This document shows positions 36,416 to 50,701 of a stretch of 64,000 nt of DNA, one piece after another. The DNA lies in the NCBI GenBank assembly GCA_965112735.1, contig OZ218950.1:6820001-6884000 (forward strand). The letters run 5' to 3'. Below the pieces are notes generated by a model. It was not told where the DNA came from. It saw only the letters and a program-made list of their open reading frames with translations, and made no database searches. The stretch's first letter is position 1; each line of letters opens with the position of its first letter. A program made the position numbers and the translations under genes. Origin of the DNA: Phaeosaccion multiseriatum (lineage: Eukaryota; Protista; Ochrophyta, other classes).

Positions 36416-38213
36416 ATGGGCAAAGGAAGAAGAGGGCGCGGGAGAGGACGGGGAGGGGGAGGGGGGGGAGGCCGGGGAGGAGGTCGAGGAGGAGGTCGAG
36501 GAGGAGGTCGGGGAGGAGGCCGGGGAGGAGGTCGGAGAGGCGGGGGAGATGGGAGAGAGAGGAAGGGAACGGATGAATGGGGGCCGAAGACGCCTATCTA
36601 CCGCAACATCTCGTACGAGGCGTACTACCAAGTGCAGGGCATCGCCGAGACGGCGCAGGAGTGGAAGGACCACATGATGCGCATGAGGATGGGGCTCCCT
36701 GCGAGCTTCCGGATCAACTCGACCTGTCCCTACGCCGACTTCCTCCAAAGCAATCTGCAGCAGTTCATGGGGAAGAAGCTGCAAGTGGAGGTCAACGGGG
36801 TGGCCACGGTATGTGTGTACGTTTGTGTGCTTGCAACATGGTGTGGGGGGCACCAAGATGGGATGTGTGGCCGCTCCCCTAGCTTCTGGGAACCTGGGGG
36901 CTCTGCCGCTGCAAGCTTGCGCCTTCACACCCCCTTCTCCCTCTCCCCCACCCCCTCTATTGTGCCTTCAGGAGGTAGGGGCTGTGACCCAATTGCCGTG
37001 GTACCCTGGGGGCATTGCCTACCAGCTTGGCTGTGAACGCAGAGTCATTCGCAAGAGTCCCGAGCTGAAAGACTTTCACCAGTGGTGAGTGAGCGAGTTT
37101 GGAGGGAGGACGTATCATCATGGGCAGACAGAGATGGCGCTTGATGTGGGGTAGTTCTGTGTGCCGTCGAGTGCCATCGAGTGGGCGCTTGCGTGGGTAA
37201 TGTTACCCCCCTGAGCCTTTACTCTTCGATCGCGTCCTCTCAGCAGTACCTCCCTTCATTCCTCCCTCCCTCTCTCTCTCCCTCTTCTCGCCCCCGACTA
37301 CTCTATGTACGCTCATGACCTTCTCCCTCCCCCAACCCCCCCTCTCCTCCGCTCTCGAGCTAGGTTCATGGCCCACACCGACAGCGGTGACATCACACGC
37401 CAAGAAGCCGTGTCTATGATCCCGCCCCTCTTCCTTGACGTCCAGCCGGGCATGAGTGTGTTGGACTCTTGCGCGGCACCGGGCTCCAAGACCGTACAGC
37501 TGCTGGAAATGTGCAGCCGGGGAGAGGAGGGAGGAGGTAAGAGTGGATCGGAGAGAGGAGGGAGCAAGCAGGGGCGGGTCGGGGAGAGGATTACGTGGCA
37601 CCCCTTTTTTGGCAGAGGGGAGGAGGCGTCATACACTTTGGAAGGAGAGGCTGGGCGTGTGGTAGAATGCAAAAGGACAGCTCACGTTTGACGGTTAGTT
37701 ACATCCTTATCTCTGGCCATCCCCCCCCCCCCCCTCCCCATGTGATGTTATCCTACACTTAGGCCCCAACGGAGGCTCGGACTCCATTGCCAATTTCGAG
37801 GGTGTGGTGGTGGCGAATGACGTGAACCGGGACCGTGCGTACATGCTGCACCACCAGGCCAAGCGCATCGCCTCCCCAGCCCTCATGGTCACACACTGTG
37901 CCGCTCAGCGTATGCCCAACCTTGGACCCAAGCCCGCCCGGGTAGGAGCAGGAGCAGTTGGTGATGCAGCGGCACCGTCACCCACAACTGATCGGGGGGT
38001 GTTTGACCGTTCCCTCGCCGACGTACCATGCAGTGGTGATGGCACCCTACGCAAGTCACCCAACATCTGGGGCAGCTGGGCCACGCAGACCGGCCACTCT
38101 CTGCACCAGCTGCAGCTCCAAATCGCATGCCGCGCAGCCGCCCTCACCAAGGTCGGAGGATTTATGGTGTACTCCACATGGTGAGTCAGAGTGTACGTAT
38201 GCCTGCGTGCGTG

Positions 38214-38259
<46 letters not shown>

Positions 38260-40956
38260 TCACTGACTACCTGCCTGCCTGTCTCACTGCCTGCCTCATT
38301 GCCTGCCTCACTGCCTGTCTCACTGCCTGCCTCACTGCCTGCCTACCTTGCCACCTGCCTTGCCACACTTCAGCTCACTCAATCCCATTGAGAACGAGGC
38401 GGTGGTGGCGGAACTGTTGCGCAGGGCCGGAGGAAGCTTGGAGCTGGTGGACTCGTCTGAACGCTTTCCCCAGCTCAAGCGGAGGAAAGGCATGAGGTGC
38501 GTGCGTGCGTGCGTACGTGCGTGCGTGTGTGTGTGTGCGTGCATATGTGGCTGTGTGTGTGTAAAGCGTAGGCTGAGGGGAGGGCGGCGGCGGGGGTGAG
38601 TGCACTGATCCCTCCCTTCCCGCGGACGAAAGGGGCACAGAGAATGAGACCCGAGGAAGCCGACTTGCTCACTCACAACCTCTCCCTTCCTCCCCTCCCC
38701 CTCCTCTGCCCTCTACCCGACGCTTCGTAACGCTCTCACTCCACAGCTCTTGGCACGTGCTGACGGACCATGGAACAGTGCGTTGGTTTGGGAAGGTCAA
38801 TAAGATCGACAAGGACGAGGCTAGGGCACAGAAAGTGGCGGCGGACAAAGCGGCAGGATTAGCAGTACAGGCAGCAGGAAAAGCCGCAGAAGCTGCAGCA
38901 GTAGCAGCAGTAGTAGCAGACAGTGAAGAGGGTGACAAGGGTGGCAAGGCCTTGACGCCAGTGGGCGGAGCTACAGAGGCGGCAGGAGGAGGAGGAGGAG
39001 GAGGAGGAGGGGGAGAGGGGGGGGGCGGTGCGGAGGCGAGCATGGAGGAGGGTGGTGATGGTGGTGGTGCCGCGGCAGCTACCGCGGCTACGGCGGCTAC
39101 GGCGGTTACGGCCGCTTCGACCAACGGAGGCAACACGGAGACCACTCCTCCTCGCCAAATGCTCTCTAACGACGACGAAGTCCCCTTCCATGAGAACCCC
39201 CTTGAGCATGCTAAGAGCCTGGGCTTCACACGCTATGCCTCACACGAGGAGGTCACCGGCGTCCAGCGTAAGGTCATCAAGGCAAGCTCCTTTCCTCCCT
39301 CTGCCGAGGAAGCTAAGTGGATGCGGCTCGAGAGGTGTATGCGTTTCATGCCGAACGATCAGGACACGGGAGGCTTCTTTGTGTGTTTGCTCAAGAAGAC
39401 GGGGCCGATTGTGTCTGGGGATGGCACCGGGGGCAAACCCGGCGATCAGCCTCAGAAGAAGGTGGAGAAGAAGAAGGAGGAGGAGGAGGAGGAGGAGGAG
39501 GGGGCAGAAGTGGTGGTCGCAGAGGCAGCCGGAGGAGAGGGTGCGGCGGAAGGGGTTGCGGCAGGAGGAGAGTCCCCGAAGAAGAAGAAGATGAAGACGG
39601 ACGGCAGTGAAGAGAAGGACTTGGAGGGCAGTGAGGAGAAGTGTAAGGCGAAGGACGAGGAAGAGAAGGACAAGGAAGGCATCGAAGGGCCTTACTACAA
39701 GGATCTGTTCTACGTGCCCATGCCGGAGGAGGAAGCGAAACGGCTGTGCGGCATGTTCGGCATCGCAGTAGCGGGCAGCGACAGCACCACCGCAGGCACA
39801 AGCAGCAGTGAGAGCAGCAGTCAAGAAGCCGTGACAAAGGCGCTGGACATTGGTCGGCTGTACCAGAGGGGCAAGGGCTCCAAGGTCATCTACTGGATGA
39901 CCGAGGTTATGAAGACCCTGTATCACGACTGCGAGCCCCACCCCAATCTGCCCATTGTCACCTGCGGAATGAAGGTGTTCGAGAAGAACTACTCGAAACA
40001 GGGGGCGGGCGGGGTCGGCACGGATGCGGAGTATCGCTTCTGTCAGGACGGAACCAAGATCTTGGAGCCTTACGTAACGAGGTGGGTAGTGATGGGGAAG
40101 GGGGGAGGTGGGAGCTTTTTGCTTCTTTACTCACGTGTACGCATGACCAATTGCTGTGGCTGTATGACCAACTGATACGGCGGTTGGCGGCCGGCCGCGG
40201 TCTTGCCTCTCATCTCCCCCGCTCACGCATCCATCTGCTCCCCTCCCCTCCCTTCCCTCCCGCTCCAACCACACACACACACACAAACATACACACACAC
40301 ACGAACATGCAGACGGAAGGCCTTCCTGGACGCCCGCTCGTTCTCCGTGGCGTGCGCCGGCAACACAGTGCCCATCTCCTCCTTCAACGAGGAGGCCGCT
40401 GCCGCCCTGCTGCCCCTGGGGGCCGGTGGGGCTCTGCTGATACATGAGGTGTGTCCTAACATTCCCTCTGTCTGTCTGTCTGTCTGTCTGTCTGTGCTGA
40501 TGACACTCTCTGCCCTGGTACCCTCGCTTTCTCCGTCCTGACACTTTTTATCTGTCCTGATAATACCCTCTGTCCTGACACACACTCTCTCTGTCCTGAA
40601 GCCCCCTCTCTTTGTCTTGTCCTGTCCTGACGCGCGCTCTTTCTCTGTCGTGACATACACACACACACTCTCTCTCTCTGTCCTGACACTCCTACCAGGT
40701 GGAGGCGGGGCCTCACAAGGGGCGCAAGCTGCGGATGTCTGTGTGGCGGTGCAAGCAGCCCCTCGTCAACGTGCTTGTCGACAAAGCCACCCTGGCGGCT
40801 CTCAGGACGGAGCTCAAGGCGTTGGGCATCTACGTGGAGCCGCCGCCGCCAGTTGTGAAGGAAGCCGAGGGCAAAGCCAATATGGAAGGAGGAGAGGCAG
40901 CAGCAGCACCAGCAGCAGTAACAGTTGGTGATGCGGTGGCTGGTGGTGGAGACTGA
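36416..40956 (+). CDS. NSUN2: tRNA (cytosine-5)-methyltransferase NSUN2/Trm4, multi-exon
   Basis: [73 protein letters not shown] and [14 protein letters not shown]. Confidence 0.95.
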
Positions 40957-41289
40957 TCCACCCTTCTCATGCGGCCCTGTCCTTCCCTGCACTAAGCTTG
41001 GCTAGTGCGTGTGTCTCCACATACTCTCATGGCGATGAGGGGATGGGAGGGGAGGGGAGGAGGGAAGGATGTGCCGTTCGATGGAGTGGAGAGGAGCTGG
41101 CTTTGGGCAGGTCTCTCGGGACTCTTTAGGATTTATCTAAGGCTCATGCTTGTAGTCATATAATTAAGTAACAGGTCTTTGAAGGAAGGGGGAAGAGGGA
41201 GAGATTGAGAGTTCACGGCGTATCACCAACATGCGTACTGGAAATGGGGGCCGCACGATCTTTTTTTTCTTTGCTTCTGCAACGCGCGG

Positions 41290-42232
41290 ATGAGAGCGAC
41301 AAGTTTCTTGCCGTTGCTCGTTCTGCTGCTGTTGCGATGTAGCATTGCTGAGGGCTGGCGTCACCTCGGAAACATCCGCTGGCAGAACCAGCCCCGGTCT
41401 GCCTGGTGTCTTGCAGCGTCTGCCTCTGATGCTTCTGCTACTGCTACTGCGGTCAGGGGCGAGGATGCGATCAGTGCTTCAGTTGTAAGTTCATCTGATA
41501 CTGCCCTGCTTGGAAGGCGCCTTCCCTTGGACCTTCTCGGCGCAACCGAAAGCGATGCAACTCCTCGATTGTCTGAGACTGTCTCTCATGATCTGCGTAG
41601 GCTGGAGCATATCTTGACCAAAGACGCTAATCAAAGCGGACCGCAAGTGGGAGGAAGTACACCAAGTCATTTGCCCTGGGATGAATTGCATGAAGGCCCC
41701 CTTCTGGCCAGAAGTCTCGATATCGAGTTGAGCAAGGCCGTGAGAGCGAAGAGGTCAGCAATGAGGGCCAGGAATGCTGGCCTTCTCTCTGAACCAAGGG
41801 CAGGAGGAGGACACGTAGCCGCAGTTATCGAGGCTGAGAATGGCGAAGAAGAGCTGCCGCTTGCGCACTGCGCTACCCTGCTCTTTCTCGGGAGAGTGAC
41901 ACGCCACGTGAGAGAGCAGAAAAACGGACTCTATGCGTCCTTCAAGCATATCTGCAAGAAGAGGGGCCTGCAGCGGCACATTCGAGCCGTGGTGAGTACA
42001 CATAGAGTGGTTGCCTCTGCGATGCGAGAAACTCTTACTCCCTCAGGCTGATCATCCCGTCCAACTCCTCTCTGGTTTACACACTTGCTCACACCCACGT
42101 CACAGGAAGGGGGCTGCTACCCGAACTTGGAGACGATGATGGACACTTGGCTCGTTACTGTCGCCGTCTCCAGGAGCTTGCGCGACGCAGTGCTCCTCGT
42201 CAGCACCCACAATGCGCTGATGCAAGGAGGAG

Positions 42233-42269
<37 letters not shown>

Positions 42270-42832
42270 TGGTGATACAGCGGCAGTGGATGTACGAGAG
42301 GACTTCACTTGGGGCTTGAAACCCATACTGGAGCACTGCTCCGAGTCTCGGGAGATGATTGCTATGTACTGTGGGCTCTTTTCTACCTACTGGGGGGCCA
42401 CTCCCAACCCCCTCCTACGCCTTCCTTACAGCTCCATCAAGCGGGCCTTCCCCGGGGTGGAGAAGGAGAGGAAGAGCAGCAGGAGGAAGAAGGCGGCGAA
42501 GGCCGCTGCTGCTGGAGGCACTTCTATCGGAGCTGCCGCAGTAGAATCGAAGACGAAGCACTCCTTGTCTACTTTGCCACCCCCGACCAGCGCTGCCCTC
42601 CTGGGTGCTCGGCTGGCCTGGCCTTTGATGGTGCTTCCCTACCGATGGCACTTGAACTCGCTGGGGCCGGAAGCAGCAGCGGAGACTTCGCTCGACGACC
42701 TGGGCACTCTCCTGAGGCAGCTTATGGCGGTGAGAGTAGTGATGCCTCTGCCTTGCTTGACATTTGCTTGGCATTTGCTTGACATCTACTTTACTTGCTC
42801 GATTGCTGCGCCTGAGTCTGTGTATGTGTGTG

Positions 42833-42879
<47 letters not shown>

Positions 42880-45511
42880 CTCACGTCCCACTCGGACCCA
42901 CCGTTCCCATCGTCATGGGGGGTGCCTACCTCTCCTAAGTCGAGAGCTTTTTCAAGGCGGTGACGTGCCTGGCACCTCGTGGGAGGACCCACTTCTTCAG
43001 CCTTTCTGCTGCTCCTGTATCACCAACTGTTGCTGCTGCCGCTGCTGCTACTGCTGCTGTTGGAAAGCTGGCCAACTTGCTTTGAACTGACACAGATCGG
43101 CCCATCGCCTCTCGCGCCCCATCCTCCTCTGTGCTCTCTCTCCTCAGGCCAGCCCCAGCGGAGACAGCCTGCGAGCCATCGATAGGTGGCTCATTGAAAT
43201 GCTGAGGTAAGTAAAGGCCCCTGATCGGCCCTGACCGGGCAGAGTGCGAGTGCTCCCTTCGCTCCATTCGTCCTGGAGAGTTGCTTATTGTGCTATAGCC
43301 GAGTTGAAAGAATCGCTTAGTTCGATGGTGTGACTGACCTCCCTTCGTCCCGACCTTCCTCCATCCCCTCCCTCCCTCCCTCTCCCACACTCCCTCTTTC
43401 TCCTTCCCTCCTCACCCCCCTCCATCCCCCCCCCCCCCCTCCCTCTCCCACCCTCCTCACTCCCCTCCCCCACAAGCATGAGTGCTGAGGAGTCAGACCA
43501 ACTTGCTCCACCCGATGGAATCGACATCCTCCGCGGCGAGGGATTAACCGACACCCTCTTCCTTCAAGGCCTGGCCTCTCGCCGCGCTCGTCTATTATCC
43601 GGAGTGTCTCGAGTTGGCTTCATGTTACGCCTCATGGTAGAAGGGTGCTGTGACAGAGGCCTCACGGGGCGGGCCTTGCTGCAGCATGTGAATTGCGTCA
43701 TGCTCTTGCCGGCCTTTGTAGGGAGGCTGCCTGCCTCCAGCCCGGCGAGGCGTATGTATTATCGGGTTGTGGGGGGGGACGAGGACGAGGACGAGGAGGA
43801 GGAGGGGGAGGGGGGGGAGGGTTCCCGAGTCGAGGAGGAGTCAGCTGCTGCTGGTGGTGGTGCTGGTGGTGCTGGTGGTGCTGGTGGTGCTGGCGGTGCA
43901 TCGTTTACGTCTTTGACGGGGGAGCAAAGACTCGACCAGTTTATGGAGGTAAGCAAGCTCGCTCGAGGAAGTGTGGGGCGTATGTGGGGTCCTCGAGTAT
44001 TGCGATGAGAGGGAGGGGGTTAGGTAGCTCTTACGTACGTCAACAACCCCAACGAACCATTCGCCCTTCCGCGCTTTTGGCATGCGCCTTGCCCGCTCCC
44101 TCTTGCGTGTTTCTCGCATCCACCTCTCTGTCTCTCTCTCTGTCTCTCTCTTCTTGTGCTTCCCCTGCCCCTCACAGGTCTTCCAACTCGGTCTCGTGGA
44201 CGTTCTCGAGTGCTCTCCTGCCGACCTGGAAACCCCAGCTACCCAGGCCGCCGTGTCCTCCTTCCTCACCACATGGAAGGCCCCCCACCTCGCTATTGAC
44301 TATCTTAACATGCACCACTCACAACCCAGCGACTCACCCAATCAGGAGGAGGAGGAGGAGCACAAGGAGGAGGGAGAGGCGGGGCAAGAGGAGGAGGGGG
44401 AGGAGCGGGAGGAGCACGCTACCGTGCTTTCCACCTTCCGCCGCTGTCAAGAGAAGGACCTTCGCCGGAACCGCTTCCATCATGATGAGGACCAACCGCC
44501 GGAGGTGGGAGAGGAACATTCCGCGGTGCTGTCCCTCTTTCGCCGCTTCCTTCGGGCCTTGTTGTGCGTGTCCGGTGCCACCGGGAGGAAGGCTGAGACC
44601 ATTGAGGATATTCGCTTCCGGGACCCTGCCAACGTTGCACATCTAGCGCACTTCGACTCGGAGACCCGGCGCAAGTGGGAAGGCAAGCATCAAGTGTCGC
44701 TGCCAAGTAGTGCAGGGGTGGGTGGGTAGTGGGCTGCCGGGTTGGTTGGCTCGATGATTGGTTGGGTGGTTGGTAGGTTAATAACCCCCGTCTCCGCTCT
44801 GCCCTCCTTCCCTCCCTCCCTCCCTCCCTCCCTCCCTCCTCTCCAGACGCAGAAGGCGTGTTGGCAGGCACCACTGACGTTGAGAAGCTCTTCATGCTGG
44901 GTGAACATACCGAATCGTGCATGGGCTTCAAGGCCCAATGGCGGAGAGAGAACAGAGCTCTCTTGGCCTACCTCCTGCAGGGCAACTGCCGCCTGCTGCT
45001 CGTCGTGAAAGGCCATGACCAGGACTCTGACGATTCTGAAATCGACGTCAAGCCCAGCGCTCCCTCGCACCGTTCGGAGGAAGTTGTGCATGCCCGAGCC
45101 ATCGTTCGCCTCCTCGCGAGGAGAGACACAGGAGAGCCTGCCCTGTTCATGGAGAAGGTCTACTTTCAGCGACAGGGGCATGAGGACGAGGCCCTGCGGG
45201 CAGACATTTGGAAGCAGGCGGTGCAGCTGAGTGAGCAGATGAATGTGCCCGTGTACAGGGCCGGCAGCCGCATTCCTGCGCCTTCCTCCTCCTCCTCCTC
45301 CTCGTCTTCTCCTTCGGACGATGGTGCTGCGGTAAGAACGCACACGGAGCTGATTGAGTATGACGGCGTGTCTGACTTTGTGTGGTCGGACGGTGTCATC
45401 ACGTGCCGCAACGGAAGGTTCGCTCCCCAGTGCTTGCTCTGGCGCCAGAGAGGAAGAGGAGAGAGAGGAGAGACGCCGGCCATCGCCTTGGCCTGGCTGG
45501 CTTACTTCTAG
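41290..45511 (+). CDS. Large unknown multi-exon protein with a signal peptide (possible bipartite plastid presequence) and a C-terminal domain resembling bacterial PcfJ-like/GNAT-type hypothetical domains; the 3' end may extend to 45890
   Basis: MRATSFLPLLVLLLLRCSIAEG-W N-terminus, with GT-AG-bounded coding exons through 44690. The last large exon reads TTDVEKLFMLGEHTESCM...NRALLAYLLQGNCRLLLVVK...ARAIVRLL...PALFMEKVY. Confidence 0.6.
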
Positions 45512-45571
45512 AGACAAGAGCGGACACGCCTTGGTCTGGCTGGCTTACTTCTAGAGACAAGAGTGGACACG
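45484..45571. repeat. 43-bp tandem duplication
   Basis: CGCCTTGG(C/T)CTGGCTGGCTTACTTCTAGAGACAAGAG(C/T)GGACA begins at 45484 and at 45527. Confidence 0.9.
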
Positions 45572-46254
45572 TGGCCTCTGCCTCTCCCTCTCTCTCTCTC
45601 TCTGTGTGTGTGTCATCTCTCAAGATAGAGCGGAGAGACATCTAAACATTCCTCGCCCTTTCATTGGGGCCTGGACTGGAGCTGGAACTTCTCACTTCAT
45701 CCTTACCACGGAAGGAGCACTACGTTGTCCTACTGACAGAAAGAGGGATGGAGAAGGGACGTACCGAGGAAGGACATACACATACTCGTTCGAGCAGTGT
45801 TCTCGCATCGTCGTCGCAGCTCCTGCCATGCGAATGTGGGAGTCTGGAGAGCCAACACGTGAAGCAACGCAATCACCACGGCAGCACTAGCAGACCAAAC
45901 AAACCAACCAGGGAGTGCCATGGCGAGGACTTCTCTCATCCCCGGCACGAACCTTGGAGCTCGAGCAGGCGGGGGTGGAGGTGGGGCTGTGGTTGCGGTT
46001 GTGGCATCCTCTCCTCTCCCTTTCTGGAGATCGTCTCCCAACGACGGGAGCGATTTTCGGTCCTTGTCCGAAGGCGGCCCAACCTCCACCCCGGGGCTCG
46101 ACCTCCACTCTGGGGGGGAGGGGGCAGGCCCAAGGCACTAGCCTGCCCTATAGCTTGGACGGACCATTCCGTCGATCGCTTGAGCTCGGAAGGACCCTTC
46201 AGTCTCTGAGCAGCGGATCGGTGGAGGACAGGACAGATGGGCAAGGGCTGCTCA

Positions 46255-46386
46255 AGGACGGACAGAACAGTTCAGGACAGTTTAGGACAGTTCAGGACAG
46301 TTCAGGACAGTTCAGGACAGTTTAGGACAGTTTAGGACACTTCAGGACAGTTCAGGACAGTTTAGGACATGGGCTGCTTTAGGACG
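46255..46386. repeat. 10-bp minisatellite TT(C/T)AGGACAG, about 10-12 copies
   Basis: Directly visible. Confidence 0.95.
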
Positions 46387-47197
46387 AAAAGGACGAAGGC
46401 ATCTCCTGTCTTTTTGCGTCAAAGTAGAAGTGAGCCCATCGCACCTCCACCACGACTAATGACTGACTGACTGACTGACTGAGTGAGTGAGTGAGTGAGT
46501 GAGTGAGTGGGTGAGTGAGTGAGTGAGTGAGTGAGTGAGTGTGAGGAAGTGGGTTCGCGAGTGGTGAAGTGAGTCAGTGAGTGCGCGAGTGAGTGAGTCA
46601 GTGAGTGCGCAAGTGAGTGAGTGAGTTAGTGTGGGAGAGAGATGACTCCTCCTATGCATCATCAGAGGGGACGCGGAGGGAGGCCCTGATAGCGCGTGGC
46701 CCTGCTTCTCTTCCTTCCCATCGAGCCGGACGTAACGCCATGGTGAGCGAGTAGCTCTGTTGACAGACGTGGGGGGTTTAAATGTTTGAACGGGCCACGG
46801 CTCGACCCCTCCCTCCTTGTCGGGCGACTGGAGCGAAGCGCACAGCCACAGGCATATGGGTGGAGCGAGAGGAGCGATACTCACAGCAAGTAATTCGCAA
46901 CACCCACGGGCTTCTTTCTTGACATATTAACAGCTTTTCACTCCCTCGCTTCGACACCACAGCCCACAGCCGCCCGTTTACAGCTTTCCATTCTCCCACT
47001 CGCTCAATTCAGCCGCGCGCTCTCTCTCTGTCGCTGTCTCTCTCCGTCTCTCTCTCTCTCTCGCTGTGTGTGCTTGGGGGGGGGGCGGAGGACATACAAT
47101 ATATACAGTATCTATTATTTTCCTCTGCTGCTGCCGCTGCTGCTGCTGCTACTACTACTGCTGCTGCTGCTACTACTTCTGCTGCTGCTGCTGCTGC

Positions 47198-49303
47198 TTA
47201 CTCCTCTGTGTCCGCGGCGTCGCTCAGCTCAACCTCCTCCTCCTCCTCTCCACCTCTTCCTCCCTCACCCTCATCCTCACCCTCACCCTCGGCCTTCTTA
47301 TAACGGTACGTTTGTGCCACCCTGACAAAGACGAGGGTGCTGACCAACATGAAGCCTGCCAGGCACAACTGAAAGTACTCCAAGTGTCCTTCGTTGAGGT
47401 CCTCTGGCATCCAAGCAGAGCGAGTGGAGCCTTTAGGGGAGGAGTTGGCGAGTTTGATCAGAGGGATGGTAATCCACGCACTGAGGAAAGGAAGGGGCGG
47501 GGAGGGGAGGGGAGGGAAGGGAAGGGAAGGAAAGAGGGGGAGGGGAGGGGAGTGATGAGTGAGTGAATCTCTGCAAGTAGTCATGTGTCTGATTGAGTTG
47601 GTAAGCGCTTTCTATACTCCCTCCGCTTACATACCCGAGACTCCCTCCCTCCCTTCCTTCCTTCCTCTCTCCATCCCCCTCCCACGCTCCCTTCCACCCT
47701 CTCTCCCTCCCTTCCTCCCTCCCTCCCTCCCTCCCACCCTCCCTCCCACCCTCCCTCCCTTCCTTCCTTCCTCCCGCCCTCCCTCCCTCCCTCCCTCCCT
47801 CAACCTCCCCCATCCTTCAGCTTACTTACCCGAGGGCCGTGGTGAGGAGGTTAAGCGAGGCACTGAGACTCTTCATAGAGGCTGGAGCTTGGCTATAGAA
47901 GAACTCCATCGCTGTGACGGAGGCCAGCACCTGCAGAGGGAAGGAGGGAGGGAGCGAGGGAGGGAGGGAGGGAGGGAGGGAGGGAAGGCATCAGACTGTA
48001 AACGGTCAGTGAGCATCGCTGAGCAGATTCGAGGCAGCAGATGAAGAGAGAAGCGCCACCCCTGCCCCAAGCGATCAGAGCACCACAGCGAACAGGGGCT
48101 CTTCTCTCCCCTCCTCCCCTCCCCTCTCCTCTCCTCTCCTCCCCGCCCGTCCCCTCTCCTCCCCTCCCCTCTCCTGTCCTGTCCTCTCCTGTCCTCTCCT
48201 CTCCGCCTATCCCCTCTCCTCTCCTCTCCTCGCCTCCCCTCTCCTCTCCTCCCCTCCCCTCTCCTCTCCCCTCCTCCCCTCCCCTCTCATGCTCACGTGG
48301 CCTCATTCTCACCTCAGACGCGCCGATGACTGCGAATTGCGGTACCTGAGCATGCGAGTGAGTGGAGGTATATGGGCAGAGAGGCGAGGTGGAGGGAGGG
48401 AGTGGGGCGGTTGTGGGTGAGTGGGTGGGTGAGTGAGTTGACAAACTCGGTCGTACGCCACCACCAGTCCTATGCAGAACGGTAACCCCCCCCCTCCAAT
48501 CGCAATCCCATGGGCCATCATCACCAGTCCTATGGGCCACCATACCTGCCATAGAATGCTAAGCTCGGCTGCCTGAGGCACGTCATCACAGCGGATGCAC
48601 TCCACTCTGAGCAACCCGTCCGGGCCGAGGGAGGTACAGTCCGGCGCCAAGAGATGGCAGTGGGCGGGTTTGTCCGCCGCCTTCCCTGCCCCACCCCACA
48701 GCCTCTCCGCTGACCCCTGCTGATGCTCCTCCTCCTTCTCCTCCTGCTGCTGCTGCAGCTGCTCCTGCTGTGGCGGCTGTACAACCAACTGCTCTTGCGG
48801 CCTCTCCCCCTCCTCCCCCTCCTCCTCCTCCTCCTCCTCCTCCTCCTCCTCTTCCTCCTCCTCCTCCTCCTCCTCCTGCTGCTGCTGCTGCTGCTGCTCT
48901 CCAAGGAGCAAGGCGCGGTGCAGAAGGTCGCGACCAGCAGCAGATGCCACCTCCTGAAACTCAAACTCCTGCCCGGACCACTGCCCCCCTGCCCCCGGCT
49001 GGCGCTGCTGAAGCCGTTGTATCACCAACTGCTGCTGCTGGCGCTGCTGGTGCGGGCGGCGGGCTGCCCAGTAGAGCTGAAACTGATGAGGGTCATAGTC
49101 CTGAGGGCGTTGGCAGTTACTGATGTTGGCGATGCCCAAGGGCCACGCACCATCACCCCCCTGGGGCACGTGCTGCTTTCGAACGACTTCGAGAGCTGAG
49201 GGGGAGAGGGAGGGACGGACGGACGGACGGACGGAGAGAGGGAAGAGGAGTGGTAGACAGGAAGGAGAGAGGAACGAGGAGGAAGTGAGGGAGCAAGTTA
49301 GAG

Positions 49304-49348
<45 letters not shown>

Positions 49349-49657
49349 GTGAGTAAGTGAGGGAGTGAGGGAGTGGGTGGGTGACGGAGGGAGGGAGTGG
49401 GTCAGAAACGGAGAAGGTGAGGGAGGGAAAGAGGAAGAAACAGAAAGCGAGAGGGAGGGAGGGAAGGAGGACCCAAAATAACTACTAACACGAACACCAC
49501 CACCCCCTCTTACTCCTCCTCCCGTACCCGTACCTGCTGCCATACACATGGCTGTAGCTGCGAGGGCAAAGCCGCAGCCGATCTTCTGCAGCATGCTCAC
49601 GGCATATCCGCGCCGCCTCAGGGCTGGGTACACCATCCTGTGCCATTCGTTTGGATA

Positions 49658-49693
<36 letters not shown>

Positions 49694-50668
49694 ATATATA
49701 TATAATATATATAGAGGGGGAAGAGGGAGGGGGAAACGTTGAAACGGGTGACGAAAACCGTATCCCACACAGCAGTCGCCAGTCCACAGTCCACACCTCC
49801 CTCCTTTCCCTCCTCCCTCCCCCCCCCCGTCCCTCCCTCCTTCCTTATCGCACCTATCGAAGAGCGGCACGAGCAGCAAGATGGCTACCGTGTCGAACAA
49901 ACTCAGCGCACTCACTGGCAGCTTGAGCCCGCCAGGGAGCGTCAGTTTCATCAGACACCCCTGATTCTGAAACGACGTTGACATTTGTGAATACACGGCC
50001 CAGTACGGAACTTGCAGTGCGATGAAGGGCAGCAGCAGCAACACCTCCCTCACTGCCTCCACTTGGGAGTCCAGGAAACTTCCTCCTCGACTCCGCTTAG
50101 CCCTGTCCAGCCATCTGTACTTGACCTTGACCACCAGACCCTTCCCCTTCCCCCTAGTGCCCCCAGCCTCGGCTCCTGCTCCGGTCACTCCGGCTCCAAC
50201 CACCGCCCCCACCTCTGCCTCTGCTGCCTCTGCCGCCCCCAGTGCTACCCTCGACCACTGCTGCCCTCCTCGCTTGCCAAATGCGGCCTCACGGACAATC
50301 GCCATGGCTCTTGTGACGACGCTGCCGCTGGGAGGAGTGAAGACGTAGCCCGGTGTGCCCGCAAGAAACACGGCAATGGAGAGGGCCAGAAACACGGCAG
50401 GAATGCTGTACCCGACCGTAAAGCCTGCGTCGGGTGGGGAAGGTAGGGAGGGAGTCATATCATGTCCACGAGAGAAGCAGAGAGAGAGAGAGAGGGAGGG
50501 AGAGAGAGACAGAGAGAGGGACAGAGAGAGACAGATAGTGATAGAGAGATACAGAGACAGAGAGAGACAGTGAGAGAGAGAGACAGAGACAGAGAGAGAC
50601 AGACAGTGAGAGAGAGACAGAGACAGAGAGAGAGACAGACAGACACAGAGAGACAGACAGACAGAGAC

Positions 50669-50701
<33 letters not shown>

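Noticed and set aside
45640-46900. Possible small minus-strand gene (ORF 45730-46089 with a hydrophobic stretch)
   Set aside because: It overlaps an equally plausible plus-strand terminal exon, and no consistent exon chain or homology could be established.
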